In this document: positions 1 through 11,121 of the stretch, piece by piece | How the letters are laid out: each line of letters opens with the position of its first letter | How positions within the stretch are numbered: the first letter of the stretch is position 1 | Assembly (NCBI GenBank): GCA_964654485.1 | Contig: CAZZJI010000007.1 | Location: 3,276-67,275 of the forward strand | Source of the DNA: an uncultured Gammaproteobacteria bacterium | Lineage (GTDB): Bacteria > Pseudomonadota > Gammaproteobacteria > SG8-11 | Direction: 5' to 3' | Length of the DNA stretch: 64,000 nt | Position numbers and translations under genes: made by a program | Notes under the pieces: generated by a model | What the model was told of the DNA's origin: nothing | Seen by the model: only the letters and a program-made list of their open reading frames with translations | Database searches by the model: none

Positions 1-2
1 TA

Positions 3-1796
3 CTAAATACACGATTCACTTACTTCGTCACATTGCTTGTAGTATTGTTCAATTTTTGTTCTCAGGGTGTTGCTGCTCCCGCTTTGGGAATGGGCTACAC
101 ACCTAAGTACAAGCCAGATTTTGATCACTTTGATTATGTTAACCCCAGTGCCGTAAAAAAAGGCAAGCTGGTACTTTCCGCATTCGGCAATTTTGACAGC
201 TTGAATCCCTATTTACTTAAGGGTATTTCCGCTGCCGGCATTACAGACCTCATACTCGAACCCTTGATGGTTCAAAGTCAGGATGAACCATTCAGTGTCT
301 ATGCGCATATTGCCAACGATATAGAACTGGCCAAGGACAAACTCTCGGTGACCTTTAAGCTAAATCCCAAAGCTCGGTTTTCAGACGGCAATCCGGTAAC
401 AGCCGACGATGTGAAATTTACTTTCGATACATTAAAAAGTGACAAGGCGCATCCGCGTTTTGGTTTTTTCTGGGCTGATATCAAAAAAGCGGTCGTGATT
501 GACAAACTCACCGTGCGCTTTGAGTTCATCAGGGTTAATCCTGAATTGCATATGATAGCTGCTCAAATGCCCGTATTTGCGAAAAAATGGATAGGTAATA
601 AATCTTTTGACAAGGTAAGTGATACGCCACCGATAGGGACAGGTCCCTACATATTAAAAAAATATGATTTGGGTAAAAATGTTATTTACGTACGTAATCC
701 AAACTATTGGGCTAAAGATAAAAATACCCGTAAAGGTATGTTTAATTTTGAGAAAATTACATTCAAGTATTACAAGGATTTTACTGTCATGCTTGAAGCT
801 TTCAAGGCGGGTGAGTTTGATTGGATATGGGAGTTTAATTCAAAAAAATGGGCGCGCGATTATAAAGGGCCGAAGTTCACATCCGGTGAAATAGCGGTGG
901 AAGAAATAAATCATAGCAATAATGCGGGTATGCAGGGGTTTATTTTCAATACGCGCAAAGACATTTTTAAAGACCAGCGCGTACGCCGTGCCATTACTCT
1001 GGCATTTGATTTTGAGTGGTCAAACGAAAAATTATTTTATAATCAATACGAGCGTTGTTACAGTTATTTCAGTAACTCCGAATTGGCCGCACCACGTGCT
1101 TTACCCGTAGGCGATGAGTTGGCTTTGTTAAACGAGTTTAAAGATAAATTACCTAAGGAAGTTTTTACTAAAGTTTGGAATCCACCATCTACCAAAAAGC
1201 CGGGCTCATTACGCAAGAACTTGCGTGAAGCGAAAAAATTGCTTGATGCGGCAGGTTGGAAAATAAAAGACGGCGAGTTAATAAATAGCAAAGGTGAGCC
1301 GTTGTCATTTGAAATGATACTGACTCAAAAAGGTTTTGAACGTATTCTGGCGCCGTTTGCGCGTAACCTGGAAAAACTGGGCATCACACTGACTTACCGC
1401 ACAGTTGATGTCTCGCTTTATCAACGTCGTTCTGATACCTTCGACTACGATATGATTGTTGCGAATTTTCCGCAATCACAATCGCCAGGTAATGAACTGC
1501 TTAATTATTGGCATTCATCTACAGCTGATCAGGAAGGTTCGAATAATGCCATAGGAGTTAAGGACCCCATTGTCGATGCGTTGATCGAGAAAGCTATTTA
1601 TGCCAAAGATCGCAAACAACTCGTCACGGCCGTACACGCGCTGGATCGGGTTTTGCTGCATGGTAATTATCAGGTACCAAACTGGTTTATTGGTAAGCAC
1701 CGTATTGCGTATTGGAAAAAATTTGCGTACCCGAAAAACCTGCCAAAATATTTTAGTGCTGACACATGGATGATAAGTACGTGGTGGAGCTTATAA
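3..1796 (+). CDS. yejA: ABC transporter substrate-binding protein, YejA/OppA family (5' partial; frame is open to the window start, TTG at 33 is only the first in-frame start)
   Basis: 587-aa ORF of family-5 solute-binding-protein size. Directly followed by two permease genes and a dual ATPase (yejABEF order). No stop upstream in frame, so the gene probably begins before the window. Confidence 0.75.
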   Translation, partial: LNTRFTYFVTLLVVLFNFCSQGVAAPALGMGYTPKYKPDFDHFDYVNPSAVKKGKLVLSAFGNFDSLNPYLLKGISAAGITDLILEPLMVQSQDEPFSVYAHIANDIELAKDKLSVTFKLNPKARFSDGNPVTADDVKFTFDTLKSDKAHPRFGFFWADIKKAVVIDKLTVRFEFIRVNPELHMIAAQMPVFAKKWIGNKSFDKVSDTPPIGTGPYILKKYDLGKNVIYVRNPNYWAKDKNTRKGMFNFEKITFKYYKDFTVMLEAFKAGEFDWIWEFNSKKWARDYKGPKFTSGEIAVEEINHSNNAGMQGFIFNTRKDIFKDQRVRRAITLAFDFEWSNEKLFYNQYERCYSYFSNSELAAPRALPVGDELALLNEFKDKLPKEVFTKVWNPPSTKKPGSLRKNLREAKKLLDAAGWKIKDGELINSKGEPLSFEMILTQKGFERILAPFARNLEKLGITLTYRTVDVSLYQRRSDTFDYDMIVANFPQSQSPGNELLNYWHSSTADQEGSNNAIGVKDPIVDALIEKAIYAKDRKQLVTAVHALDRVLLHGNYQVPNWFIGKHRIAYWKKFAYPKNLPKYFSADTWMISTWWSL

Positions 1797-1850
1797 TCCC
1801 AGTAACCGGATAGATTCCGACTTACTATTTTCAACTAAGAAGCATTATTA

Positions 1851-2903
1851 ATGGCAATATATATTCTAAAACGCCTACTGCTTATGATACCAACCTTGTT
1901 TGGTGTTATGTTGATTACCTTTCTGATTATCCAATTGGTGCCGGGTGGCCCAGTCGAACAGCTGATTCATCAATTGCAAGGTAGCGGTACTGGCGGCGAG
2001 GCAGCGGGGGGTAAAGTCAGTTTATATCGTGGCGATGCCGGTCTCGATTCTGAGCGTATCGCTGAACTCAAGGCGCTTTACGGTTTCGATAAACCTGCCC
2101 ATATTCGTTTTATAGAGATGATTGGTAACTTCATGGTTTTCGACCTGGGGGATAGTTACTTTTATAATAAATCAGTCACCGAGTTAATTATTTCAAAGTT
2201 ACCCGTTTCGATAAGCCTTGGTGTCTGGACTTTTTTTATTGTTTATTTGACTTGTATCCCACTTGGCATTGCAAAAGCAGTGCGTGATGGATCAAGCTTT
2301 GATGTTATTACTAGCACTATTATTCTTATCGGCTACGCTATTCCGGGCTTCGTTTTGGGTCTGCTGCTATTGGTGTTATTTGGCGGTGGTAGTTTTTGGG
2401 ATGTGTTTCCGTTAAGAGGGATTGTCTCTGATAATTGGTCGGAATTATCATGGTTTAGCAAGATTACCGACTATCTTTGGCACATGACTCTGCCCATTAT
2501 TGCTTCGGTGGTGGGTAGTTTTGCGATCATGACCATGTTAACAAAAAACAGTTTTCTTGAAGAAATTCGCAAACAATACGTGTTGACCGCGCGCGCAAAG
2601 GGACTCAAGGAAAACCACGTACTTTATAAACATATTTTCCGAAATGCGATGATTCCGCTAATAACGGGATTTCCGGCGGCGTTTATTTTTGCATTTTTCT
2701 CGGGCAGCCTGTTAATAGAAACCATCTTCTCTCTCGATGGTCTCGGTTTATTGTCGTATGAATCGATACTCAAAAGAGATTATCCGGTTGTTTTTGGTTC
2801 ACTTTATTTTTATACCATCATTGGTTTGATTGCAAAACTGATGTCTGACTTGAGTTATGTCCTGATAGATCCGCGTATACAGTTTGATTCAGTGTCACAA
2901 TGA
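1851..2903 (+). CDS. yejB: ABC transporter permease (YejB/OppB-like)
   Basis: 350 aa with multiple TM segments and a conserved permease loop. Second gene of the yej-type operon; stop overlaps the next start. Confidence 0.8.
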   Translation: MAIYILKRLLLMIPTLFGVMLITFLIIQLVPGGPVEQLIHQLQGSGTGGEAAGGKVSLYRGDAGLDSERIAELKALYGFDKPAHIRFIEMIGNFMVFDLGDSYFYNKSVTELIISKLPVSISLGVWTFFIVYLTCIPLGIAKAVRDGSSFDVITSTIILIGYAIPGFVLGLLLLVLFGGGSFWDVFPLRGIVSDNWSELSWFSKITDYLWHMTLPIIASVVGSFAIMTMLTKNSFLEEIRKQYVLTARAKGLKENHVLYKHIFRNAMIPLITGFPAAFIFAFFSGSLLIETIFSLDGLGLLSYESILKRDYPVVFGSLYFYTIIGLIAKLMSDLSYVLIDPRIQFDSVSQ

Positions 2904-3940
2904 ACGGAATAGCGGTAAATCACAAACAATCGCCTTACAGCCGTAGCTGGAAGCGTTTTAAGTCCAACAAGCGAGGATATTACAGTCTATGGATTTTCAG
3001 TGTCCTGTTTGTACTTAGCTTGGTTGCAGAAGTGTTCAGCAATGACAAGCCGATCATAATCAGTTATCACAATACCTATTATTTTCCAGTTTTAAAAACG
3101 TATGCCGAGACTGAGTTTGGTGGGGATTTTGAAACCGAGGCGGACTACAATGACGAATTTATCAAAGAAAAAATAACCAACAATGGTAATTGGGCCATTT
3201 ATGCACCCAACCCGTATAGTTACGATAGCATCAGCTATTTTAATGAACAACCTAATCCGGCCTCGCCATCAGAGCAGAATTTACTGGGGACCGATGATCG
3301 TGGGCGAGATGTACTTGCAAGGTTAATTTATGGTTTTCGGTTATCTGTGGTGTTTGCGCTGGTATTGACTGTCATCGGCACTTTAATCGGGATACTGGCA
3401 GGGTCACTGCAAGGTTATATAGGCGGTCGCTTTGATTTATTTTCTCAACGTATTATTGAAGTGTGGTCTTCCATGCCTGAACTCTATATCCTGATTATCT
3501 TTTCCTCGATATTTAATCAGAGTGTCTTCTTGTTGATTATACTGCTGTCTGCTTTTGGCTGGATGGGGCTGTCTGATTATGTGCGTGCGGAATTTCTGCG
3601 TGGTCGAAATATGGACTATGTAAAGGCTGCACGTGCATTGGGCGCGACTAATCGTTCTATAATGTTTCGGCATTTATTACCCAACGGGTTAACACCCGTT
3701 ATCACTTTTTTACCATTCCGTATTAGCGGGGCTATTCTTGCACTGACCAGCCTGGACTTTCTCGGTTTAGGTGTGCCGCCCTCAACGCCAAGTTTGGGTG
3801 AATTACTCGCGCAGGGCAAAGAGAATATAGATGCCTGGTGGTTATCATTGACAACATTTTTTGTATTAGTAGGGACCTTGATGTTGCTGATTTTTATTGG
3901 CGAGGCCTTGCGCGAAGCGATGGATACACGACGAGGATAG
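2900..3940 (+). CDS. yejE: ABC transporter permease (YejE/OppC-like)
   Basis: 346 aa with an N-terminal TM segment, a long periplasmic loop and a C-terminal permease domain. Four-nt overlap with yejB. Confidence 0.8.
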   Translation: MNGIAVNHKQSPYSRSWKRFKSNKRGYYSLWIFSVLFVLSLVAEVFSNDKPIIISYHNTYYFPVLKTYAETEFGGDFETEADYNDEFIKEKITNNGNWAIYAPNPYSYDSISYFNEQPNPASPSEQNLLGTDDRGRDVLARLIYGFRLSVVFALVLTVIGTLIGILAGSLQGYIGGRFDLFSQRIIEVWSSMPELYILIIFSSIFNQSVFLLIILLSAFGWMGLSDYVRAEFLRGRNMDYVKAARALGATNRSIMFRHLLPNGLTPVITFLPFRISGAILALTSLDFLGLGVPPSTPSLGELLAQGKENIDAWWLSLTTFFVLVGTLMLLIFIGEALREAMDTRRG

Positions 3941-4024
3941 TGATAGAGCTGGAAAAAAAGGAAAAAATGAAATTTTTGGAGCACAGAGAATACCATGATT
4001 AGGTTGTTTTTTTAGGAGTGGTTT

Positions 4025-5629
4025 TTGGTGAGTTTGCTGGTAGTTGATAATTTATCTGTTACGTTTGGGAAATACGAGGAGAAGACCCAGGTTGTCTCGC
4101 GCGTAAGCTTTGCAATGCGAGCAGGAGAAAGACTCGCGCTTGTGGGTGAATCAGGCTCTGGAAAATCTGTTACTGCCTTGTCCATTCTTCAGCTACATGA
4201 TCGTTCACAAGTCTCATACCCGGAAGGTAAAATCGAATTTAACGGCCAAAATCTGCTTAAATATGACGAAAACCAAATGTGTAATATACGTGGTAAAGAG
4301 ATTGCCATGATATTCCAGGAGCCGATGACGTCTTTGAACCCGGTTTATCCTATTGGCAAACAATTGATAGAACCTTTGGTGCTTCATGAAAAGCTTTCAA
4401 AAGAAATCGCCCGCAAACGTGCAATTGAATTGCTCGATCTCACTGGTATTCCTGAACCCAATAAACGTATCGACGCGTTTCCACACATGATGTCCGGTGG
4501 ACAGCGTCAACGCGTCATGATCGCCATGGCATTGGCCTGTAGTCCAAAATTATTGATTGCCGATGAACCGACGACTGCGCTTGATGTCACCGTGCAGTTG
4601 CAAATATTAAACCTGTTGGAAGATTTGCAAAGGGATTTCTCTATGGGCGTGCTTATGATCACGCATGATCTGAACATGGTGCGGCGTTTTGCCGAGCGAG
4701 TTTGTGTTATGCAAAAAGGCGAGCTGGTGGAGCAGGGAGAAATGAAATCCCTGTTTAGTGAGCCCAAACATCCTTATACGATTCACCTGCTTAATAGCCA
4801 GCCTAAAAAAATGATTTCCGGATCATTGGACGTAAAAAACCAGACCTCCTTATTAAAGGCCGATAACATTCGTTGCTACTTCCCAATTAAAGGGGGATTT
4901 TTCCGTAAAACGATCGGCGAAATAAAAGCGGTCGATGATATTAGCCTCGATTTGCAACACGGCGAGACAATTGGCATCGTAGGGGAATCAGGCTCTGGAA
5001 AATCAACACTGGGTATGTGTTTACTCAGACTGCAAAATTGTGAAGGTCAAATTGACTTTGACGGAAAACGCCTTGATCAACTCAGCCTGCGTGAAATTCG
5101 ACCTTTGCGTTCAAATTTTCAGGTGGTGTTTCAGGATCCATTCTCATCGTTGTCGCCTCGTATGATTATCGAACAAATCGTGGCAGAAGGCTTGGAAATT
5201 CATGCACCTCATCTTAACGAACAACAACGCCATGAGAAGGTCGTTAAGGCCATGCAGGAAGTGGGTCTCGAAGAGGATATGCTTTGGCGTTACCCACACG
5301 AATTTTCCGGTGGGCAACGCCAACGTATTGCCATCGCGCGCGTAATCGTACTTGAACCAAAATTGATCCTGCTGGATGAACCCACTAGTGCACTTGATGT
5401 GTCCGTTCAAAAACAAGTGCTGGAAATACTCAGGGATTTACAGGAAAAACATAATATAAGCTATTTATTTATTACCCATGACCTCAAAGTCATCCGCGCC
5501 GTGGCGCATCGTATTATTGTTATGAAAGATGGGCAAATCGTAGAGCAAGGTGACACAGAACAACTTTTTATCAATCCGCAACAGGGTTACACTAAAGATT
5601 TGTTACATGCCTCATTGTTTGTCGAATAG
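4025..5629 (+). CDS. yejF: ABC transporter ATP-binding protein with two fused nucleotide-binding domains (YejF-like)
   Basis: Two Walker A motifs (GESGSGKS twice) and two signature/Walker B sets (SGGQRQR and DEPTTALD / DEPTSALD). 534 aa. GTG start. Confidence 0.85.
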   Translation: MVSLLVVDNLSVTFGKYEEKTQVVSRVSFAMRAGERLALVGESGSGKSVTALSILQLHDRSQVSYPEGKIEFNGQNLLKYDENQMCNIRGKEIAMIFQEPMTSLNPVYPIGKQLIEPLVLHEKLSKEIARKRAIELLDLTGIPEPNKRIDAFPHMMSGGQRQRVMIAMALACSPKLLIADEPTTALDVTVQLQILNLLEDLQRDFSMGVLMITHDLNMVRRFAERVCVMQKGELVEQGEMKSLFSEPKHPYTIHLLNSQPKKMISGSLDVKNQTSLLKADNIRCYFPIKGGFFRKTIGEIKAVDDISLDLQHGETIGIVGESGSGKSTLGMCLLRLQNCEGQIDFDGKRLDQLSLREIRPLRSNFQVVFQDPFSSLSPRMIIEQIVAEGLEIHAPHLNEQQRHEKVVKAMQEVGLEEDMLWRYPHEFSGGQRQRIAIARVIVLEPKLILLDEPTSALDVSVQKQVLEILRDLQEKHNISYLFITHDLKVIRAVAHRIIVMKDGQIVEQGDTEQLFINPQQGYTKDLLHASLFVE

Positions 5630-5686
5630 CACTTGTCGCTAACTATTGTTATTAACTTTTGTTGCTAACTACGTCTCATATAAATA

Positions 5687-7714
5687 ATGCTAATGAATAA
5701 CATACTACTCAAAGTCACCGACCTGAAAACCTGGTTCCAGCAAGGTAAAAAAACAGTACGTGCGGTCGATGGAGTTAGCTTCTCAATCAAAAAAGGAGAA
5801 ACTTTCGCATTATTAGGTGAGTCCGGTTGCGGCAAATCAATGACCGCGTTATCTGTTATGCGACTAGTCCCGCAGCCTGCTGGGCGCGTTGTTTCGGGAT
5901 CAATCAAATTAAATGGCACAGAGCTGCTTTCCACACCCGAAACGTCTATGCGAAAAATTCGCGGTGGTCGCATAGCCATGATTTTTCAGGAACCCATGAC
6001 CAGTCTAAACCCGGTATTGACCGTTGGCGAGCAGATTCACGAAAGTGTTATGTTACATAAAGGCCTAAAGGGCAGTGTTGCAAAAACACGAGTATTGGAA
6101 TTGCTTGATGCTGTCGGTATTCCTGATCCAGGCCGACGCTATAACGAATATCCCCATCAGCTGTCTGGCGGCATGAAACAACGCATTATGATTGCGATTG
6201 CCTTGGCGGGTGATCCGGAATTATTAATTGCTGATGAACCGACGACGGCATTGGATGTCACTATCCAGGCACAAGTATTGACGTTACTGGAAGATATTCA
6301 GAAAAAAACAGGCATGGCGATTTTATTGATTACGCATGATTTAGGCATAGTCTCAGAAATGGTTGATCGTGTTGCCGTCATGTACGCAGGCCAAATTGTT
6401 GAGGTGGCGCCTCGCAAAGCATTTTTCGCTAAACCCAAACATCCTTACACCAAAAAATTGTTTGAGTCACTCCCCACCATGGGAAAAAGGGATCAGCCTT
6501 TAGCCGTTATTCGTGGTTCGGTACCAGTGTTATCGCAAGAGTTTCAAGGATGCCGTTTCGAGCCGCGCTGTGAATTCGTCATTGATGTTTGCAAAGAATT
6601 TGTACCAGATTGGATTGAATTTGATGACAGACGTGTGCGTTGTCATTTGGAGGACAAAAAATACGCGGAAAAAAAAGCCATTACTGAAGAGCTTATTAAT
6701 ACCGATGACCATAAACAAACGCCGAAAAAAATTGCCAACGAGACAATACAAGCTAATCTGCTCACTGCCAGGGAATTAACGGTTCATTTTGCGGTACAAT
6801 CAGGGTTCTTAAAAAAACGGGTTGGCTGGGTCAAAGCGGTTGATGGTGTTTCGCTTGATTTGAAAACCGGACAGACTATCGCACTGGTAGGAGAATCCGG
6901 TTGCGGTAAAACAACGGTGGCTAAAGGTATTTTACAACTGCAGAAACTCACTTCGGGCAGCGTCACGTTTAATAATCAGGACGTAAGCACACTGTCTTCT
7001 GTTGCGCTGAAAAACTACCGTGGCGATGTACAAATTATTTTTCAGGATCCATTTTCCTCTATGAATCCGCGAATGAAGGTGCGTGATATTATCTCAGAAG
7101 GCATGATCGCGCAAAAGATCAAGACCGGTGTGAAAGAGCGTGAAGAATGTATAGATGAATTGCTAAACCAGGTGGGATTGCCGGTAGAAGTGAAAAATCG
7201 TTACCCGCACGAATTTTCTGGCGGACAAAGGCAACGAATTTGTGTTGCCCGCGCATTGGCGGTAGATCCAAAACTGATTGTCTGTGATGAACCAACCAGT
7301 GCACTGGATGTATCGGTGCAGGCACAAATTCTTAATCTATTAAAGAAACTACAGAATGAGATGGGTTTGGCCTATCTTTTTATTACACATAATATTTCGG
7401 TAGTGGAATACCTGGCCGATGAAGTTGCAGTCATGTATCTCGGCAGGATTGTTGAACAGGGTAGTGTCGATGAAATATTGAAAACCCCAAAACACCCCTA
7501 TACACAAGCTTTACTCAGCGCGGTTCCTAAGATCGATAAAAAAACGGATAGAGAAGTTATTCGATTGAAAGGTGAGTTACCTTCGCCTGTTAATCCGCCT
7601 GCGGGATGCCATTTTCATCCACGCTGTGGAAAAATAATGGACGATTGCAAAAAAAGATACCCAGCTAAACGAAACCTGGGTAAATCGCGCTGGGTTAGCT
7701 GCTATTTGTACTGA
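5687..7714 (+). CDS. Second dual-NBD ABC ATPase with Cys-rich oligopeptide-type C-terminal segments
   Basis: Two Walker A motifs (GESGCGKS and GESGCGKT), LSGGMKQR and SGGQRQR signatures, CRFEPRC...C and CHFHPRC...C motifs after each NBD. 675 aa. Immediately downstream of yejF. Confidence 0.8.
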   Translation: MLMNNILLKVTDLKTWFQQGKKTVRAVDGVSFSIKKGETFALLGESGCGKSMTALSVMRLVPQPAGRVVSGSIKLNGTELLSTPETSMRKIRGGRIAMIFQEPMTSLNPVLTVGEQIHESVMLHKGLKGSVAKTRVLELLDAVGIPDPGRRYNEYPHQLSGGMKQRIMIAIALAGDPELLIADEPTTALDVTIQAQVLTLLEDIQKKTGMAILLITHDLGIVSEMVDRVAVMYAGQIVEVAPRKAFFAKPKHPYTKKLFESLPTMGKRDQPLAVIRGSVPVLSQEFQGCRFEPRCEFVIDVCKEFVPDWIEFDDRRVRCHLEDKKYAEKKAITEELINTDDHKQTPKKIANETIQANLLTARELTVHFAVQSGFLKKRVGWVKAVDGVSLDLKTGQTIALVGESGCGKTTVAKGILQLQKLTSGSVTFNNQDVSTLSSVALKNYRGDVQIIFQDPFSSMNPRMKVRDIISEGMIAQKIKTGVKEREECIDELLNQVGLPVEVKNRYPHEFSGGQRQRICVARALAVDPKLIVCDEPTSALDVSVQAQILNLLKKLQNEMGLAYLFITHNISVVEYLADEVAVMYLGRIVEQGSVDEILKTPKHPYTQALLSAVPKIDKKTDREVIRLKGELPSPVNPPAGCHFHPRCGKIMDDCKKRYPAKRNLGKSRWVSCYLY

Positions 7715-7715
7715 G

Positions 7716-8318
7716 ATGATTTCAATGAAGATTTCACAACGCTATATATTATTTATAGTATCGATTACAACAATTATTGTGTTGTCCGGGTGTGTGTCGC
7801 CGATCCCATTACACAATGTCCAGTACACGGGCGCCGTAAATGTAACGAGTTCGAAAACTGCAAAAGTTCAGCTTGCTTCTAGTGAGGGTCGTACTGACAT
7901 ATCAGAGGGTGAAATTAATCCCCCCATCTCGACTGGTCCCGACCCCTATCTACGCTTCCATATTAGAAACCAACGCGCTTTCCTGGTGGCCTTACGCAAG
8001 GAACTTGTTCGCTTGAGCGTATTCAAATCAGCTGTGGGTGGAAATTCTTCCAAGCCAGCGGATATTACGATTACTATCATTTTTACACAAACCCACCACG
8101 ATGTTGATGACCAGGTGTATACGCTTCATGTTACGATGGAACTTAGTGGTGGGACTCTACCTTTGCGTGAACAATATCGCGTGATTTCGTCGGTAAAAGA
8201 CAGCAGTTGGGAAAAATGGAATACTACCGCTTATCAAGGCAAGGAAAAGGCGGTTAAGCGTTTACTTGAAAAACTAATACCCGCTATTGAGGTATATCTT
8301 AATACGACCGATGAATAA
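7716..8318 (+). CDS. Hypothetical lipoprotein
   Basis: N-terminal signal peptide ending in lipobox LSGC. 200 aa. Coding overlaps the stop of the upstream ATPase by 1 nt. Confidence 0.55.
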   Translation: MISMKISQRYILFIVSITTIIVLSGCVSPIPLHNVQYTGAVNVTSSKTAKVQLASSEGRTDISEGEINPPISTGPDPYLRFHIRNQRAFLVALRKELVRLSVFKSAVGGNSSKPADITITIIFTQTHHDVDDQVYTLHVTMELSGGTLPLREQYRVISSVKDSSWEKWNTTAYQGKEKAVKRLLEKLIPAIEVYLNTTDE

Positions 8319-8573
8319 ACGCAGGCATTTGAGTTTGCTAAGTATACACTTAGTATTACATCCACCTATTTTTAAGAATTTAAACTTGAAATACACCAAT
8401 GAAGACTGGATAATAGTTACAACGAACCGATAATACTTTAGTAATTAATAAGTTAGGCTACAATAATAGAAACGATATACCCAAAATATGCAACTATTGT
8501 GATCAAAATCCTTTCCAAATTACTGGCAAATCTTTCTTTGATTAATAACCACTATAAACAAGTGGCCAAATTC

Positions 8574-11102
8574 ATGTGTTGTTCAGCCCCGGGTTTAATT
8601 GTGTTTTTGCTTTTGTTGATGCCGATGGCCGGTGTGGCCAATGACGCATTTCCTCGGCCTGCCCAACTCGAACCCGATGTCAATTTTTGGAAGCGTGTGT
8701 ATACCGAAATCAACACTGACCAAGGTTATATTCATGATGATAGAAATCTCAGCGTTGTTTATGAAAAAATTAACTTACCTGCCAATGCCAGCAGAAAAAC
8801 GAGACAACGCTATGTAAAACGGGTAAAGAAAAAATACAAAGCAATATTAAAGAAACTGGCCAAAGGTAACTATCGAAACTTAAATAGAGAAGAAAGTCGT
8901 ATATTGGCGTTATGGCCCAAAGGTGTCAGTAAGAAAACCTTGCGAAGAGCGATTAACCAAACTCGGTTTCAGCGAGGACAATCGGATAAATTTAGAGAAG
9001 GCCTGATTCGATCCGGTATGTGGAAACCTTATATTCTGGAAGTATTGGATAAAATGGATTTGCCTAGGGAAATTTCAGCGCTACCTCATGTGGAATCTTC
9101 TTTTAATCATAAGGCCTATTCGAAAGTAGGCGCTGCCGGGATGTGGCAGTTTATGCGCTCGACAGGTCGGCGATTTATGCGTGTTGATCATGTTGTTGAC
9201 GAACGTATGGATCCGTTGAAGGCGACCGTCGCCGCTGCTAGATTGCTCGATTATAATTTTAAAGTGACCGGCACCTGGCCACTCGCGCTTATTTCCTATA
9301 ATCACGGTTCAGCAGGCATGCGTCGCGCATCACGGGCGATCGGTACCACAGATATTGTGCCGATATTGCGTAAATACAGCAGTCGTACTTTTAAATTTGC
9401 CTCGCGAAATTTTTACGTCGCGTTTCTCGCCGCAGTGGAAATCGATAAAAATTCTGAAAAATATTTTGGGAAGCTTGTTCTAAAACCGCCTTTCGATTAT
9501 GAAATTATAAAAATTCCTGCATACATGACTATAACAGGGATCGGCAAAGCGCTGGGTTTATCCAGCGCTGAATTGAAGTTGTCGAATCCAGCGTTACGCT
9601 CGCCAGTGTGGAATGGCAATAAATATGTTCCAAAAAATTATGAACTTAAAATCGATAACAAATATATTAAAGGAAAAGAATTCGCTAATAACGCGATTGC
9701 GTCTATTGATCCAAGCTTTCATTTTCACAAACAAAAGCCTGATCGATTTCACCGGGTTCGACGTGGGCAGACGCTATCGGTGATCGCTGCACGCTATGGT
9801 GTTCGAGTTAGCGAAATTGTTGCGTTAAATGGGCTTCGTAATCGTCACAGCATTCGTGCGGGTAAAACATTACGCTTGCCGCAAAAAGGGAAAGGGCAGG
9901 TTATAAGACGTACTGTCGTTGCAGAAAATCGTTCTCCAGATATTGGCCCGATACCGATTCCGGAAAGTGGTAAATATAAAGTCCGCCGGGGTGATAATAT
10001 TGATCGTATTGCTAAACGGTTTGGTATTACATCCAAAGAATTACAAAAACTTAATCGCATTCGTAATAAGAACCGTATTTATCCTGGACAGTATCTGACT
10101 TTGGCGAAGGCGCCCAGCGACACTCAGCGGACCTTAACGCAAGCCAAGGAACTACAGTTGGCAAGGGTGGATAAAAAACAAGTTATTTCGCATAAGCCTG
10201 ACGTTACAATTCAGCAATCAAGCCAGCAACAAATACAAGCAGTTGAAAAAATTGCAGTTGTTGCGACTCAAGACAAAGCTGTAAATGTAAAACAAAAAAT
10301 AAAGAAAGTTGAGTTTCCGATATCAGAAACATTGAATAGCGAGACAACAAATCAGAGTGAAAGCCAGGATGCAGACTCCACTGAAGCAAATAATACAAAT
10401 GTGATAATTGCTTCAGTTGTGACAGGAGAAGATGAAAATAAAATTGCGAACCTGGAAACAGTTCCGGTATTGGAGCCGACTGCTGATCAAACCCCGCTAC
10501 AGCTAGAAAATATTAGTGACACAGCGTCAGCAACAGTGCTAACAGATGCAAGTGAACAAGTGTTGAGTTCTATTGAAAATGAAGTAGTGCTTGATAATTC
10601 TAATGAGTCAATTGGTAGTTCGGCAATTTCAGATTCTGAAGACGAGTTATTGGCGGATCCCAGCGATTACTCTGTATTTAAAAACAAAACGATTGAAATA
10701 CAAGCTGCTGAAACATTAGGGCATTATGCCGAATGGTTACAATTAAGAGCGAGTCGCTTGAGAAGGGTAAATTCAATGCGTTATGGTACGCCAGTTGTTG
10801 TTGGCAGACGGTTAAAACTGGATTTTTCCCGAGTGACGCCAGAGCAGTTTGAACAAGAACGGGTTGCCTATCATCGAACCTTACAAGGTGAGTTCTTTGA
10901 GCAGTATCAAATTAACGGCACTGATAAATATAAACTTAGACGGGGTCAATCTATTTGGGTGCTAGCAAATCGAAAATACAAAATACCTATTTGGCTTTTA
11001 CGGCAATATAATCCGGACCTTGATTTCAATAAAGTACGCCGGGGAACTATTATTACCTTTCCCAAAATAGAAGCTCGTTCAACAGTTGAAACGACCGGCT
11101 AA
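8574..11102 (+). CDS. mltD: Membrane-bound lytic murein transglycosylase D-like protein with LysM repeats (ORF opens at 8499; likely start at the MCCS... signal peptide)
   Basis: Lytic transglycosylase catalytic motif ESSFNHKAYSKVGAAGMWQFM. Several LysM-like segments (HRVRRGQTLSVIAARYGV..., YKVRRGDNIDRIAKRFGI..., YKLRRGQSIWVLANRKYKI...). Long acidic Ser/Glu/Asp-rich low-complexity linker. Confidence 0.7.
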   Translation: MCCSAPGLIVFLLLLMPMAGVANDAFPRPAQLEPDVNFWKRVYTEINTDQGYIHDDRNLSVVYEKINLPANASRKTRQRYVKRVKKKYKAILKKLAKGNYRNLNREESRILALWPKGVSKKTLRRAINQTRFQRGQSDKFREGLIRSGMWKPYILEVLDKMDLPREISALPHVESSFNHKAYSKVGAAGMWQFMRSTGRRFMRVDHVVDERMDPLKATVAAARLLDYNFKVTGTWPLALISYNHGSAGMRRASRAIGTTDIVPILRKYSSRTFKFASRNFYVAFLAAVEIDKNSEKYFGKLVLKPPFDYEIIKIPAYMTITGIGKALGLSSAELKLSNPALRSPVWNGNKYVPKNYELKIDNKYIKGKEFANNAIASIDPSFHFHKQKPDRFHRVRRGQTLSVIAARYGVRVSEIVALNGLRNRHSIRAGKTLRLPQKGKGQVIRRTVVAENRSPDIGPIPIPESGKYKVRRGDNIDRIAKRFGITSKELQKLNRIRNKNRIYPGQYLTLAKAPSDTQRTLTQAKELQLARVDKKQVISHKPDVTIQQSSQQQIQAVEKIAVVATQDKAVNVKQKIKKVEFPISETLNSETTNQSESQDADSTEANNTNVIIASVVTGEDENKIANLETVPVLEPTADQTPLQLENISDTASATVLTDASEQVLSSIENEVVLDNSNESIGSSAISDSEDELLADPSDYSVFKNKTIEIQAAETLGHYAEWLQLRASRLRRVNSMRYGTPVVVGRRLKLDFSRVTPEQFEQERVAYHRTLQGEFFEQYQINGTDKYKLRRGQSIWVLANRKYKIPIWLLRQYNPDLDFNKVRRGTIITFPKIEARSTVETTG

Positions 11103-11121
11103 CAATAGATGCCTCTGTTTT

